A DNA stretch of 59,205 bases from positions 1-59,205 of the forward strand of contig NIVC01002894.1 of NCBI GenBank assembly GCA_002269645.1. The letters are read 5' to 3'. The position numbers and the translations under genes are program-made. This DNA comes from Macrostomum lignano (Eukaryota). Of the stretch, positions 12,486 through 24,876 are shown in pieces. Below the pieces are notes generated by a model. It was not told where the DNA came from, did not search any database, and saw only the letters and a program-made list of their open reading frames with translations. Every line of letters begins with the position of its first letter. Within the stretch, counting starts at the first letter, position 1.

Positions 12486-13154
12486 TAATTAATCAATCAA
12501 TCAATCAATCAATCAATTAATCAATCGATCAGTCAATCAATCGATCAGTCAATCAAATCAAATCAATCAATCAATCAATCATATAGTCATTAATCGGACA
12601 AAAAACTCTAATGTATCGAGATCTACAATGTATAGCAAACGGTCAACTAATAGATATATTATAACAATCTGTTTTCAAAAATATAAATAACTAATTGATT
12701 AATCAATCAAATAAATCGTCTACTTTATCACCATACATCCATAGCTACACATAGATGGCATATTAATTAACAAACCAGCTCAATCAAAAAAACCATAAAT
12801 CAATCACATTGCTCACCCGCTGCCAGCATCCAGGGCCGCGATGAACATGCCCAATGTGCCGAGCAGGACCACCTGGCAACTGTCCAACGAATAGGAGCAG
12901 CTCACCTGGGACTCAATCTGCGGGATTGATTCGATCAAGAAATGCTACTTTGGTTGATTTTATTCTGAGTTTGGGAGGAGTTTACGAGTTCGATATCTCA
13001 CCTCTACGCCCAGGCTGAACATGAGGTTGTCTTCGATTCTCAGGCGGCACACCTGGCTCCTGCCGCTGTCGCCGTAGCAAATCCACACACTGCCGTCTGG
13101 ACTGCTCAGACCGCTGCTCACCAGGGGCTGATTGGGGCTCTCCATATCGCCCCG
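8401..13154 (-). CDS. C-terminal WD40/beta-propeller-like exons of the TBC1D2-like gene
   Basis: Repeated blade-like segments (VWICYG, VVLLGT, RVFAALASGSLAVL, VLWVACGNFVQLL, VWLAVRGSPVVELW, LWVGTGSGDLIVFD) in frame with the TBC exon through phase-matched splice sites; TGA at 8403-8401. Confidence 0.7.
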
Positions 13155-16100
13155 CTGTTGGGTAAGATTGAGGGTGAGATTAGATGGTGAGATTTGATAG
13201 AAGCTGAGATTTAATGGTGAGATTGGATAGAGGCTGAGATTTGATGGTGAGATCGGATAGAGGCTGAGATTTGATGGTGAGATTTGATGGTGAGATTTGA
13301 TGGTGAGATTTGATGGTGAGATTGAATAGAGTGAGATTTGAGGGTGAGATTGGATAAAGCATGAGACTGGATAGAGTGAGATTTGAGGGTGAGATTGGAT
13401 AAAGCATGAGATTGGATAGAGTGAGATTTGAGGGTAAGATTGGATAGAGTGAGATTTGAGGGTAAGATTGGATAGAGTGAGATTTGAGGGTGAGATTGGA
13501 TAAAGCATGAGATTGGATAGAGTGAGATTTGAGGGTAAGATTGGATAGAGTGAGATTTGAGGGTAAGATTGGATAGAGTGAGATTTGAGGGTAAGAGAGT
13601 GAGATTTGAGGGTAAGATTGGATAGAGTGAGATTTGAGGGTAAGATTGGATAGAGTGAGATTTGAGGGTGAGATTGGATAAAGCATGAGATTGGATAGAG
13701 TGAGATTTGAGGGTGAGATTGGATAAAGCATGAGATTGGATAGAGTGAGATTTGAGGGTGAGATTGGATAGAGTGAGATCTGAGAGGTGTCTACACACGG
13801 CTGCTCTCCAGAGTTCCATTAGGACACTCCCTACTCCATCGAAATTAATTTCTTCCCACAACAAGGACACATGGGACAGACGGACATTCGGCCCAAATCC
13901 CATGTTTGGGCGTGTCCGCAACTCGCAGCTCGAATATCTGGCGATGGGCCTCCCATGAATAAAAATAGATTTGTTAGACAAATAAGCAGCCCCGTTTCTC
14001 ATTGCCGTATCGATTGATAATACGGCTGTAGTTTAGCCATCTGAGCAAAAGTATCAAGTTTCGGATCGAATCGGTTCTATATATAGCTTTTATTTTGTCT
14101 AAAATTGTGTTCATTGATCGATAAAAACGTGTCTTCTGTAGTTTCCCTGTTGTTTTTAATATAAATCTTGTTTTTCAGTTTGTTTTGTAGAAAATTACTA
14201 ACCATATCAGTCAGTGTACATTCAATGTCATTTTAATTTGGGTTTTTTTAATTCCTACCCTATCAGTCAGTGTACGCTTGTACGAGTACATTCAAGGTCG
14301 TTTCAATCTGCTTATATAAATTCATACCCTATCAGTATACATCCAAGGTTATTTTAATTTTCTTTAAATTCCTTTTTTACAAGGTATCAGTCAGTGTACA
14401 TTCAAGGTCGTTTTAAATTTGTTTTAGATTTCTACCTTATCAGCGTACATTCAAGGTCATTTTAAATTGTTTTAGATTCCTACCCTGTCAGTGTACATTC
14501 AAGGTCGTTTTAAATTTGTTTTTATTCCTTACTCTATCAGCCAGTAGTGAACATTCAAGGTCGTTTCAATCTGTTAAATAAAGCTTGAAACCCGCTAAAG
14601 CTACATTAAATGTACACTGAAGGTCATTCCACCCAGTACCCTCACATCCACAGCTGCTTCGTCCTCTTCCGCCTCCTCTTCTTCATCCTGAAGCGCTCTC
14701 CGCCGCAGTCGCTTCCGCCTCTCATCAGCCTCCGCCAGCGCCGCGATGTACACACCCCGCCTGGCGTCCAGCTCCCGTCTAGAAGGCACCCCGGCGTCGG
14801 CTCCCGCAGCAAAGGCCGTCCTGGCGAGCCCGTCAACATCGAATGCCAATCTGGCTGCGGCTTTGAGATGACGCCACAGCCCGATGGTGTCCGTCTGCCT
14901 CAGTAATGCCGCCTCGCTAGACTTCAACACCGCCAAGGCGAACCGGAACAGCACCTTGGGTCCTTCCAGTAGGAAACAATCCCACAGTCTCAGCAGAGTT
15001 TCAAACGGCAACGCGTCAAAGTAGATGGCTAGAAACCAGTTCAAAGTCACGGTGCCAACGTCGATGTCCAGATTGGAAATGTGCTCGTGCAGATTGGGCA
15101 TCTGGCGACGAATCAGGTCCTTCAGCACGAGCTGGTCGGCCTGGGCGCCCAGCAGGCTTCCGGTGAAGTACAACGGATGAAAGTAGCACTCGGTGACCGC
15201 TACGAGCAGCCAGAAGGCGTCTTCCTTGCTGAGGAAGAGCAGGCCCATGCCCGCAATAAAGTTCATGCCTTGGCAATAGCCCACGCTGGGATTGTGCAAG
15301 CAGAAGGCCTGCAGAATTTCCTGGAGCTTCTGAATCTGTAGGAGGTATATTGCACAGAATAGTAATTTTATTTTTTAGAAATTAATTTCACACGGCCAAG
15401 GATTAGCCTATTAAAAAAATTGCGCCTTAACCAGTGTACATTTATTCAATCACTTAGGCTGCTCAATCCCTTACTCTAGCTAGTGCACATTCAAGCCGCT
15501 CAATCCCTTACCCTAGCTAGTGTACATTCAAGCCGCTCAATCCCTAACCCTAGCTAGTGTGCATTCAAGAACATGCATTCCCTTACACTAGCCAGTGTAC
15601 ATTCAAACCGCTCAATCCCTTACCCTAGCTAGTGTACATTCAAACCGCTCAATCCCTTACCCTAGCTAGTGTACATTCAAACCACTCAATCCCTTACCCT
15701 AGCTAGTGTACATTCAAGCCGCTCAATCCCTTACCCTAGCCAGTGTACATTCAGAACATGCAATCCCTTACTCCAACGAGTACATTCAGCAACCATCTCC
15801 ACCCTGCTTCCGCTTACCCCTTCGCTATCAGACGACTCGAAGCGCACATTCCCGGGCATTGTGCGCATCAGATCCAGTGAAATCTGCTTCCGATGCTTGG
15901 CCACAATATCCGACTCCGTGGCCCGTTGCACCAACCCGGAATAGTACTGTTGGCCTCGCACAGACCGGATCTCTTGCACCTGGGCGTGGATTAGCTCACG
16001 CCACACGGCTGACCGGTACATCCGCGGAATGCCGCCTCGTATTAAGCTTTTAAGCTCGGTCTGTGAAAGGACACCAATTCCATTTAGTGAGTGCGCCTAA

Positions 16101-19100
16101 TCGATTGTGTTTATTAATAGCTTATTTTACCGTCTTTGTGAAAGATCTATTAGAAGCAATGAATGACTTCCAATGCCTCTGATGCTCGTCGTATCTGTCT
16201 AGAGTTGTAGCGTAGTGCTCGTGCAGCTGCCTGCTGATGTAGTGCAGCTGCATTGATTCGCTCTCCTGGCTGTGGCGGAAGCCGTAGCTGTCCACGTGAC
16301 CGTCTGGGGACACCAGGCTGCGGGTGGGAGCAAAACTCGATGAGAACGAGTGCAGTTGTCTAGGAGCTGGGGGCTGGGGTGAGGCACTGAGGGTAAGGCA
16401 CTGTTGCTATGGTCTCGGGTTCATGTTGCTATGGTTGGGGATGAGACATTGGGGGTTAGGCACTGTGGATGAGGCCATGAGGCACTGGGGGTGAGGCATA
16501 CTGGAAGTGAGGCACTGGGATTGAGGCACTGGGGTGATCAGGCACTGGGGTGAGACACTGAGGGTGAGGCACTGGGGTGAGGCACTGGGATTGAGGCACT
16601 GGAGCTGAAGTAATGAGCGCTGAGACTGAGAGCCATAGTAATTAGTAGTTGCGTTAAAAAATTGAAATAGCAAAAGAAAATCATGGCAATATAGGATTAT
16701 CCTATTGATAACTCATTGATAGGCCAATCCCCAGAGCAGTTATTGCTAGCAGAAATTGCTGATCAATAAACGAATTCAAACTAGTTGTGTTCCGCCAAGC
16801 CTTTGAAAGACTCAGGGCTGCTAGTACTAAGAAAACACATTGGGACTTGCCTTTCAGAGACGGAAGTGGCACAGAGAGAAGGATTTTGCCCACACAATGC
16901 GTCTTTAGTGTCCTAAATCAACCCCGTATAAAAGTGCATGGACGAAGTGGAAATGCCCTTGTGTGTGAATTTTTCTGCGATTGTTTCTCGTTATTACTAA
17001 GCTTGAAGAACTATAAGTTCAAAACAAAAATTACCTTTCAAAAGTTGGCAGCCGTGGATTAACAACGCGAGCCTCTTCTAGGAGCTCCCTAAGCCGTTCC
17101 TTGTGACGCCCGCCGCCATATAGATTGAGTTCGATGCCGTCTGACACGTCTCCAGTTGGCACAGTGATGCAGGATTGCAACAGGAACAAGTAGTCTCGTT
17201 TCCAGTTCTCCAGCTGCAGCTTGTGCTCGCGAAACAATCTTTAGGGTTATTGGGATTAGTAGCTTCATATATGCCTTTTACTAGTTATTGTAGCACAGGA
17301 ATTCCGTTGAATTTACGAGCTATTCTTAGGTGTCCCTTCGTGAAATGTGCATTCTCTTGGGCCACTCCCTTTACTCTGGCGTTCCTTCGTAAATTGTACA
17401 TTCTCTTTGGCCACTCCCTATATTCTGGCGTCCCTTCGTCAATTGTACATTCTCTTTGGCCACTCCCTTTAATCTGGCGTTCCTTCGTCAATTGTACATT
17501 CTCTTTGGCCACTCCCTATATTCTGGCGTCCCTTCGTCAATTGTACATTCTCTTTGGCCACTCCCTTTAATCTGGCGTTCCTTCGTCAATTGTACATTCT
17601 CTTTGGCCACTCCCTTTAATCTGGCGTTCCTTCGTCAATTGTACATTCTCTTTGGTCACTCCCTGTACTCTGGCGTCCCATCGTGATGTACTTCAGATCC
17701 GGTTTTCATATTTAGACATTCAACCACCTCTCCAACTAGCTGTAAAACGAAAGTAAAAAGCAAATCTGATTACTTGTCCTGATTTCGAAACTTCTCCTGT
17801 TCCATGTGTCTCAGCGAGGTGATTCGTCGAACTTCGCTGTTCACAAATCGATTGTTATTCTGCAGTACGCGGCACTGCTCCTCTAGGTGGCGCAGGTTGT
17901 CCGATTTCTCTTTTATCCAGTCTAGCATGGCTCTGTGTGGAAATTCAGAGATTGGGTTGGCTGTACTTCAAGTTACTTTTAAGTACAACAATAGGAAACG
18001 GAAGAGCTACTTAGCAAGTTTTCAGTCATTAACAAGAACTCCAAACAATCAAAGCGCTGGAGTTCTGGCTGTTTAGGTTAGGATTAGGTTTTTTAGTGTT
18101 AAGGTTATTTTTAGAGACTGCAGACAATTTTTGGTCCTTAAAATGTGATCCTGTCAGTCAAAGCTCAAAAGTCGCATAGACCCATTGATCACCATACATG
18201 CACGAGCAATCTCTTACAACTAAATAAAACCGCCTCATCTCTTAGGCCTCCAAGTACTTTAGGAATCTACAGCAGAAACTGTTGCTAAGTCGGTTTTACT
18301 GGAAAAATCTGGTTGAAAAAATACAGCAGACTTCGAAGGCTTGTCTCTAAGCATGAGAATGCACTCACGATTCGGACTTGAACCTCGGCGGCCCGGCGCG
18401 AGTGACGTTAAATCTGAGGGCTCTGAAAGATTGGCGTTGTGTCGGGAAATCGTGACTTCTTTAGCTGGGAAAGGTATTATTAAGACTAGCTTCTTTTTGA
18501 CAGCAAAGGATTAAATTACTGTGCCAGTCTGGCAAGGTCAACAACAGAAGCATGAACTCAACAGAAATAGATTGGATAGCATCGAATATCTATGATAGAA
18601 TTGAGGTTAAATGTTTAGTCATTCCAAAAGTGCAGTCTCGATCGAGCATGCCAACTGTTGTGCAGTGTGAAATTGTTGCTCAAGTGGTTAGGAAAGTGGG
18701 AAACATGCTCGAGATTATGGGAACAAAGACTACAATGTATACATCTAGTGCAAAATGTGTTATTTAATTATCGAATTGTTTTACCCGTTATCTTTTTGAG
18801 CATTCTCCAGCTGCTCAAGTCTATGGGATGGTTAAAGAAGCAGGTTTGCTATTAAGGAACTCAGCAGAATTACGGAACAATGTTTACTTATATAATGCTA
18901 AATGCATTCGCGAGACAGGGAGTCTTCAGTTTTCAACGTCTTATTTTAGCAAACATTCAAGATATCTTACATTCTTGAATTCACAAGTTAAAAAAGCTGA
19001 AACTGTACTTTTGGAGAGCAGCGATGCTCACAACACAGTTGTTGTGAGCCCGTATGCTCACAATACGGGCTGGTAATTGTGCTTTTCTAAACAGATTTTG

Positions 19101-22100
19101 CAAAGGTTTTATTTTTCGGCAAAATGTTCAATGGGATTTGGCCCCCGGACTCTCTTAAGTAGTCCATGATCTGGCCATAGACAAATTTGGTTGAAAATCT
19201 GGATTCGAAAGGATTGTCTAGGAAAAGTACAGAACACACGACAAAGTTTATCACCGTTCTGCGAGTTTAGTGTTTGTTAAACTTTAGTTGTCCATAGTTT
19301 AAATAGTGTATCAATTGAGTATTTCCTCCTCACCTGCTCAGTTTCAAGTCCAGTTCGGCGATCAGGGTGTCACGCTTTCTCAAAACCTCTTTCAACGCGG
19401 AATTCTGCTTTTGCAGGTCCTCCATTTCATGTCTGATATCGCTGTCGCTAAAAGTACAAACAGTGAATTATACTTAAATATTTAAAGTGCATAAATGCTG
19501 TGTACTTTCTACCACATTCCCATACCGATATCTCTGCCTCATAGCTCACCGTCTCAAAACTCTCTGCCCCGAAGCCACCCACCCAAAACTCTCTGCCCCG
19601 AAGCCACCCACCCCAAAACTCTCTGCCCCGAAGCCACCCGCCCCAAAACTCTCTGCCCCGAAGCCACCCACCCAAAACTCTCTTCCCCGAAGCCACCCAC
19701 CCCAAAACTCTCTGCCCCGAAGCCACCCACCCAAAACTCTCTTCCCCGAAGCCACCCACCCCAAAACTCTCTGCCCCGAAGCCACCCACCCAAAACTCTC
19801 TGCCCCGAAGCCACCCACCCCAAAACTCTCTGCCCCGGGGCCACCCACAGTCCCAAAACTCTCTGCCCCGAAGCCACCCACCCCAAAACTCTCTGCCCCG
19901 GGGCCACCCACAGTCCCAAAACTCTCTGCCCCGAAACCACCCACCCCAAAACTCTCTGCCCCGAGGCCACCCACAGTCCCAAAACTCTCTGCCCCGGGGC
20001 CACCCACAGTCCCAAAACTCTCTGCCCCAAAGCCACCCACAGTCCCAAAACTCTCTGCCCCGAAGCCACCCACCCCAAAACTCTCTGCCCCGAAGCCACC
20101 CACCCCAAAACTCTCTGCCTCGGGGCCACCCACAGTCCCAAAACTCTCTGCCCCGAAGCCACCCACCCCAAAACTCTCTGCCCCGGGGCCACCCACAGTC
20201 CCAAAACTCTCTGCCCCGAAGCCACCCACCCAAAACTCTCTGCCCCGAAGCCACCCACCCAAAACTCTCTGCCCCGGGGCCACCCACAGTCCCAAAACTC
20301 TCTGCCCCAAAGCCACCCACCCCAACAGACTCACCCAGCGTCGCTTTTCTTAACCGCGAAACCAGAAGCGGACGCTCCACCAGAGCTGCTGGCTTCAGAA
20401 CGGCAGCTGCTACCCGACCGGTCTCTGGACTCCTGCGCGCTGTCTCGCCCTGAAGTCGTGAAGCACGCCTGCAGCTGAGGACTGCCACCAGCACCTGCTG
20501 GGGTGGAGACGCTGTAACGTTTCGTTGGTTTTGTTTGTTGCTGCTGCTGACGCGACTTGCTGGGCGATTCTTCAAGCAAACTGTCGTAGTTGAAGTCGGT
20601 GCCAATCTCCGAGCCCTGGTCGGAATGCTGCGGCGACGCCTTGGTGAGGCTGACTGAGAAACTTTGCGACATTGACAGGCCGAAACGATTGCTAAGTGAA
20701 TCGCTGAGCTTGCGAGTCACGTTGCCTAGGTAACCTGCGATTAAGGAATGAAGATTTTTCGATTTGGTAAATTAGATTTTTAAGTATAAATTTAGAAATA
20801 GATCTCCAAGATCTCACCTGAATTTTTAAAGATCTCACTTCAATCTCACCGAATCTCATTCAAATCTCACAGAATCTCATTCAAATCTCACCGAACCTCA
20901 TTCAAATCTCACAGAATCTCATTCAAATCTCACCGAACCTCATTCAAATCTCACATAATCTCATTCAAATCTCACAGAATCTCATTCAAATCTCACAGAA
21001 TCTCATTTAAATCTCACCGAACCTCATTCAAATCTCACATAATCTCATTCAAATCTCACAGAATCTCATTCAAATCTCACATAATCTCATTCAAATCTCA
21101 CCGAACCTCATTCAAATCTCACAGAATCTCATTTAAATCTCACCGAACCTCATTCAAATCTCACATAATCTCATTCAAATCTCACAGAATCTCATTTAAA
21201 TCTCACCCAATCTCATTCAAATCTCACCGAACATCATCCAAAACTCACCGAATCTCATTCAAATCTCACCGAACGTGATTCAAATCTCATAGAATCTCAT
21301 TCAAATCTCACCGAACGTGATTCAAATCTCATAGAATCTCATTCAAATCTCCGTAAAATCGCATTGCATTTCGCTTTTTTAGCACATTTTTCTTTTGTAA
21401 AATACTTTCCCAATTAAACTCCCCTTTGCCATGGCAGTCGCTAAAAGTACTTTACGAGTTTTGCAGGACAACTACATGTAGAAATTAAAATTTTTTAATC
21501 CCAAGAAATCAGAGCTTGCTGTGCTGAATAGATCAGATAGTTAGGACTACGAAATAACTGACGACTCGACTCACCGTTCTCAGGGCTCAAATAGAGCAGC
21601 GGGAGGTCTGGAATTTTCCTTCCCGGACTAATCCTGGCCTGAGAGGAACAAGAGAAAACTAAAACGAATCCTTTTCTTCCTAGTGCCTAAAGGCAGTCTG
21701 AAAACTTAATCCCTTTAAAGAAGACTTTTTCGTCTGAGAGCAATTCAGAAACCGCAGAAAAGACTGAAAAACCAACCGTCATCCTCTTCTTCAATAGCCG
21801 ACCGAGTCATCAGAGCGCTGGCGTCTAGAATGCTGATCCGCGACACCCGCCTGTCCGCGCCACCGAAGCTGGCGAAATTTCGCCTTCCATAGCCGAAGCT
21901 GGCGTCGGGCGCGGACTCCCGCTGATTGGTTTAAAACAAATTTAAGCCATTTTACGAGCGTAAAACTTCTAAAACCCTATAGTTTTATTGCCCTCTCCGG
22001 TTGTTTTAAGTAATTCTACTGACACCCACCCCACTCCTTCACACCAGCGGTTTTATTGTTGACCCCTTCCTGTTCAAAATATCCCAATTTAAACCAACCC

Positions 22101-24876
22101 CACTCCCGACCCCCTTGTTTATTCACCCATTTCAAACACCCCAATTACCACCCGCCAACTCATCTAACCCTTTTTATGGCTCCTTTTTCCAGAGACCCAA
22201 TTCACACCAACCCCACCCACTCCCAGACCCGTTGATTTTATCGCCCGTTTCAAACACCCCAATTAACATCCGCCAACTCATCTAACCCTTTTTATGGCTC
22301 CTTTTTCCAGAGACCCAATTCACACCAACCCCACCCACTCCCAGACCCGTTGATTTTATCGCCCGTTTCAAACACCCCAATTAACATCCGCCAACTCATC
22401 TAACCCTTTTTATGGCTCCTTTTTCCAGAGACCCAATTCACACCAACCCCACCCACTCCCAGACCCGTTGATTTTATCGCCCGTTTCAAACACCCCAATT
22501 AACATCCGCCAACTCATCTAACCCTTTTTATGGCTCCTTTTTCCAGAAACCCAATTCACACCAACCCCACCCACTCACAGACCCGTTGATTTTATCGCCC
22601 CGTTTCAAACACCTCAAATTAACACGCGTCAACCCCTCAACCTTAGATTTTATGGCTCTTTTTTTCCAATTTATACCCTCCATTTAACTGCAGCCAGTAT
22701 AAAAGAACACCCTTGTTTGCACCCACCCCAACCGTTAAAACAATCGGTTTTCTCCCAAATCAAAAAACCCCCAATTTAACCCCCTCTCTTCAAACCCTCA
22801 GTTTTAGTGATTATGTTTTAAACACCCTTATTTATACCCAACCCAACCCCTCAAACCATAAATTTATTTCCATCGATTTTATCTCCTCTTAATGCAAACA
22901 AACTTTTATATTTCCCAATCCTTCCTTCCCACTCTATATCTTTACATCTGCAACTCCATTTAGTCCGACTATGCATTGAGCATACCCGTTTTTGAGCCTG
23001 CAAAGCCAGCTGTTTACTGGAGGCAGTGGCTCCCAGACCCTCCGGTCGCATCTCCTTAGTAAAGTAGGCATCTCTATTAGCCTGCAGCGCCATCACCCAG
23101 ATCATCATTGACTCGTGATTCTCGGCTTGCAGCACGAACTCCTTGCCCTCGGAGCTGCAATCAAATTGTTAAAACACAAAACACGTGATCTTCTAGTTTG
23201 TCTTGACAGTAAATTAAAAACCGAATACAAAAACGTTCCCTCATATCATTGTGAGCTATACTTAGATTGCAAGTGCGCAGTTAAACAAAAAGCTTACACA
23301 AAAATATAGCTAAGAGAGTTCCGATGTCACACTACAAGTGTGTGAGACAGCAGATACTGTATAGCCGCCATTGACACTGTCCACAGGCTGAGTATGTATA
23401 ATCTATGTAATTAGATTGAGTGCACCCGAACTTCCTCAACGTACTTGGACAAGTAATCTAGTATTGACACATACCAACTGAACAACCGTGTATACTGTGT
23501 GCACAAGACTGACTTGATTTAGCATTTGCAAAATAGGGAACTTATTGTGCAAAATAAATCACTTAGGCATTGCTACATACGGGCTACATATTGAGGTCAA
23601 CTCAAGGTCACATACGCAATGCAGGTACTGTAGGCTTGCCCACCTGATCAATAGCTGCATATTGTACTCAATTTTCATCTCCCTCTACTCTTTCCTTTCC
23701 TCCTCTCTCTCTTCCACCTTATTCCTCAACCTGGAATTGCTTGTGCATTCAGGTTGGAAAGAAAGGCGAGAAGTAAAGAGAGAAGGAGAGGGGGGAGAAG
23801 GAGAGGGGAGAGAAGGAGAGGGGGAGAAGGAGAGGGGAGAGAAGGAGAGGGAGAGAAGTAGAAGGGAGAGAAGTAGAGGGGAGGGAAGTAGAGGGGAGAG
23901 AAGGAGAGGGGTGAGAAGGAGAGGGGAGAGAAGGAGAGGGGAGAGAAGGAGAGGGGAGAGAAGGAGAGGGGAGAGAAGGAGAGGGGAGAGAAGGAGAGGG
24001 GAGAGAAGGAGAGGGGTGAGAAGTTCGATCAGTCAAAATCCGAATCCCGAATAAGGCAGCCAAGAGCAATAAAGATTAAGCTCTCAGTTTATCGCAAAAA
24101 TCATTAATGAATTCTCATTGCTCAAAGCAACCGGTTACTCACAGAATGCCAAAGCTATTTGGCTCATCGACTCTTAGCGTTATGGCGGCTCCTTTGATGT
24201 TGATGCAGCCAAGAGGCTGGCTATCCCGCTGCAGGGCCTCCCGCTGGTCCCTATAGAACTGAAGCCGGCAGCTCGACTCCTCGAATACATAGTAGTGAGC
24301 GCGCTTGGATTTGAACCGGCTGAAGGCTGAGAAACAGTTGAGTGACACTGTTATGCCGATATGCCGATATGTATCGAAGGACAGTTTTTTACTACTCTTA
24401 TATGCTATTGTAACCTGACTATTGTAGCTTGTTTACTTAGCTTTTCTGCTCTACTCTACGCTACTCTATCCTACTTCACATTCCACTCTACTCTATTCTA
24501 CTATACTCTATCCTGCTCTAATATATTCTAGTCTACTCTACCCTACTCTACTCTACTCCACTCCACTCTACTCTACTCTACCCTACTCTATCCTACTCTA
24601 CTCTACTTTACTCTACTCCATTCTACTCTATATCTATATCATGCTCTAATCTATTCTAGTCTACTATACTCTATCCTACTCCACTCTATTCTACTCTAAC
24701 CTACTCTACCCTACCCTACTCTACTCTATCTACTCTACTCTATCCTACTCCACTCTACTCTACTTTACTCTACCCTACTCTCAATGCACAGTCAAATTAA
24801 CAGATTTAGCAAAGCTGCACTCACGCCCAGTCGGCTTGCTGTACAACAACCCGGACAGGCTGTGCCAGGGTCCCAT
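8401..24876 (-). CDS. TBC1D2: TBC1 domain family member 2/2B-like Rab-GAP (PH, coiled coil, TBC, C-terminal beta-propeller-like region), multi-exon
   Basis: Phase-consistent GT-AG exons on the - strand: 24876-24825, 24326-24143, 23154-22986, 21921-21777 (or 21638-21575), 20734-20335, 19447-19334, 17932-17774, 17238-17035, 16317-16131, 16060-15818, 15335-14646, 13154-13002, 12917-12817, 11958-11006 (-1 frameshift near 11495), 10219-10129, 8565-8401. PH + coiled coil + TBC is the TBC1D2/2B architecture; the paralog (2 vs 2B) cannot be resolved. Confidence 0.85.
8700..8990. repeat. About 40-bp tandem repeat, about 7 copies, interrupted by the mariner
   Basis: Unit gtgtctaaaaatagcatataccacaactttaggaaaactct; degenerate copies resume after 9956. 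Confidence 0.85.
8991..9952 (-). mobile_element. Internally deleted mariner (DD34D) element, 962 bp
   Basis: Perfect 27-bp TIRs cgagggtcatcccaaaagtttcagcaa (8991-9017) and its reverse complement (9926-9952), enclosing transposase remnants. Confidence 0.95.
9063..9754 (-). pseudogene. Mariner transposase pseudogene
   Basis: N-terminal HTH (EQRSYIK...IHRQL...VYDWYSRFKNGR), GRP, LLLHDNASSH, LPHPPYSPDLSPCDFDLF. Two in-frame stops and a frameshift; the WVPHEL/TGDE segment is deleted. Confidence 0.9.
10310..10975. repeat. 28-bp minisatellite, about 23 copies (intronic)
   Basis: Unit cagttgctgggccagcctcccagatcct, with gagagt variants. Confidence 0.95.
11975..12580. repeat. (TCAA)n microsatellite
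   Basis: About 600 bp of aatc repeats. Confidence 0.95.
13160..13780. repeat. GA/T-rich minisatellite (9-28 bp subunits)
   Basis: gagtgagatttgagggtgagattggata units. Confidence 0.9.
14190..14575. repeat. Degenerate tandem repeat of about 55-60 bp
   Basis: Recurrent tcagtgtacattcaaggtcgttttaa. Confidence 0.75.
14646..16317 (-). CDS. TBC (Rab-GAP) domain exons of the TBC1D2-like gene
   Basis: DSYGF; LIRGGIPRMYRSAVW; ISLDLMRTMP (IxxDxxR arginine finger); GYCQGMNFIAG (YxQ glutamine finger); EDAFWLL; NWFLAIY; LRLWDCFLLEGPKVLFRFALA. Confidence 0.95.
15460..15790. repeat. 38-bp minisatellite
   Basis: Unit tagctagtgtacattcaaaccgctcaatcccttaccc-like. Confidence 0.9.
16365..16610. repeat. About 13-bp degenerate minisatellite
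   Basis: gaggcactggggt units. Confidence 0.8.
17330..17690. repeat. About 38-41-bp alternating minisatellite
   Basis: tcgtcaattgtacattctctttggccactccc followed by tttaatctggcgttcct or tatattctggcgtccct. Confidence 0.9.
18360..18425 (-). mobile_element. tRNA-derived SINE-like head
   Basis: Box B GGTTCAAGTCC on the - strand (18384-18374), preceded by actcgcgcc; no complete cloverleaf. Confidence 0.35.
19545..20325. repeat. 28/29- and 38-bp C-rich minisatellite
   Basis: ccaaaactctctgccccgaagccacccacc, with ggggccacccacagtc variants. Confidence 0.95.
20805..21350. repeat. 21-bp minisatellite
   Basis: ctcattcaaatctcacagaat units. Confidence 0.95.
22080..22660. repeat. 118-bp tandem repeat, about 4-5 copies
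   Basis: ttcacaccaacccc recurs at 22201, 22319, 22437 and 22555. Confidence 0.95.
22986..24876 (-). CDS. PH-domain exons of the TBC1D2-like gene
   Basis: Spliced reading MGPWHSLSGLLYSKPTGPFSRFKSKRAHYYVFEESSCRLQFYR...PLGCINIKGAAITL...FGILSEGKEFVLQAENHESMMIWVMALQANR, with the PH C-terminal helix Trp. Confidence 0.85.
23770..24020. repeat. 15-bp purine-only repeat
   Basis: gagagaaggagaggg units. Confidence 0.9.
24440..24780. repeat. (CTACT)n degenerate microsatellite
   Basis: ctactctactct runs. Confidence 0.9.
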
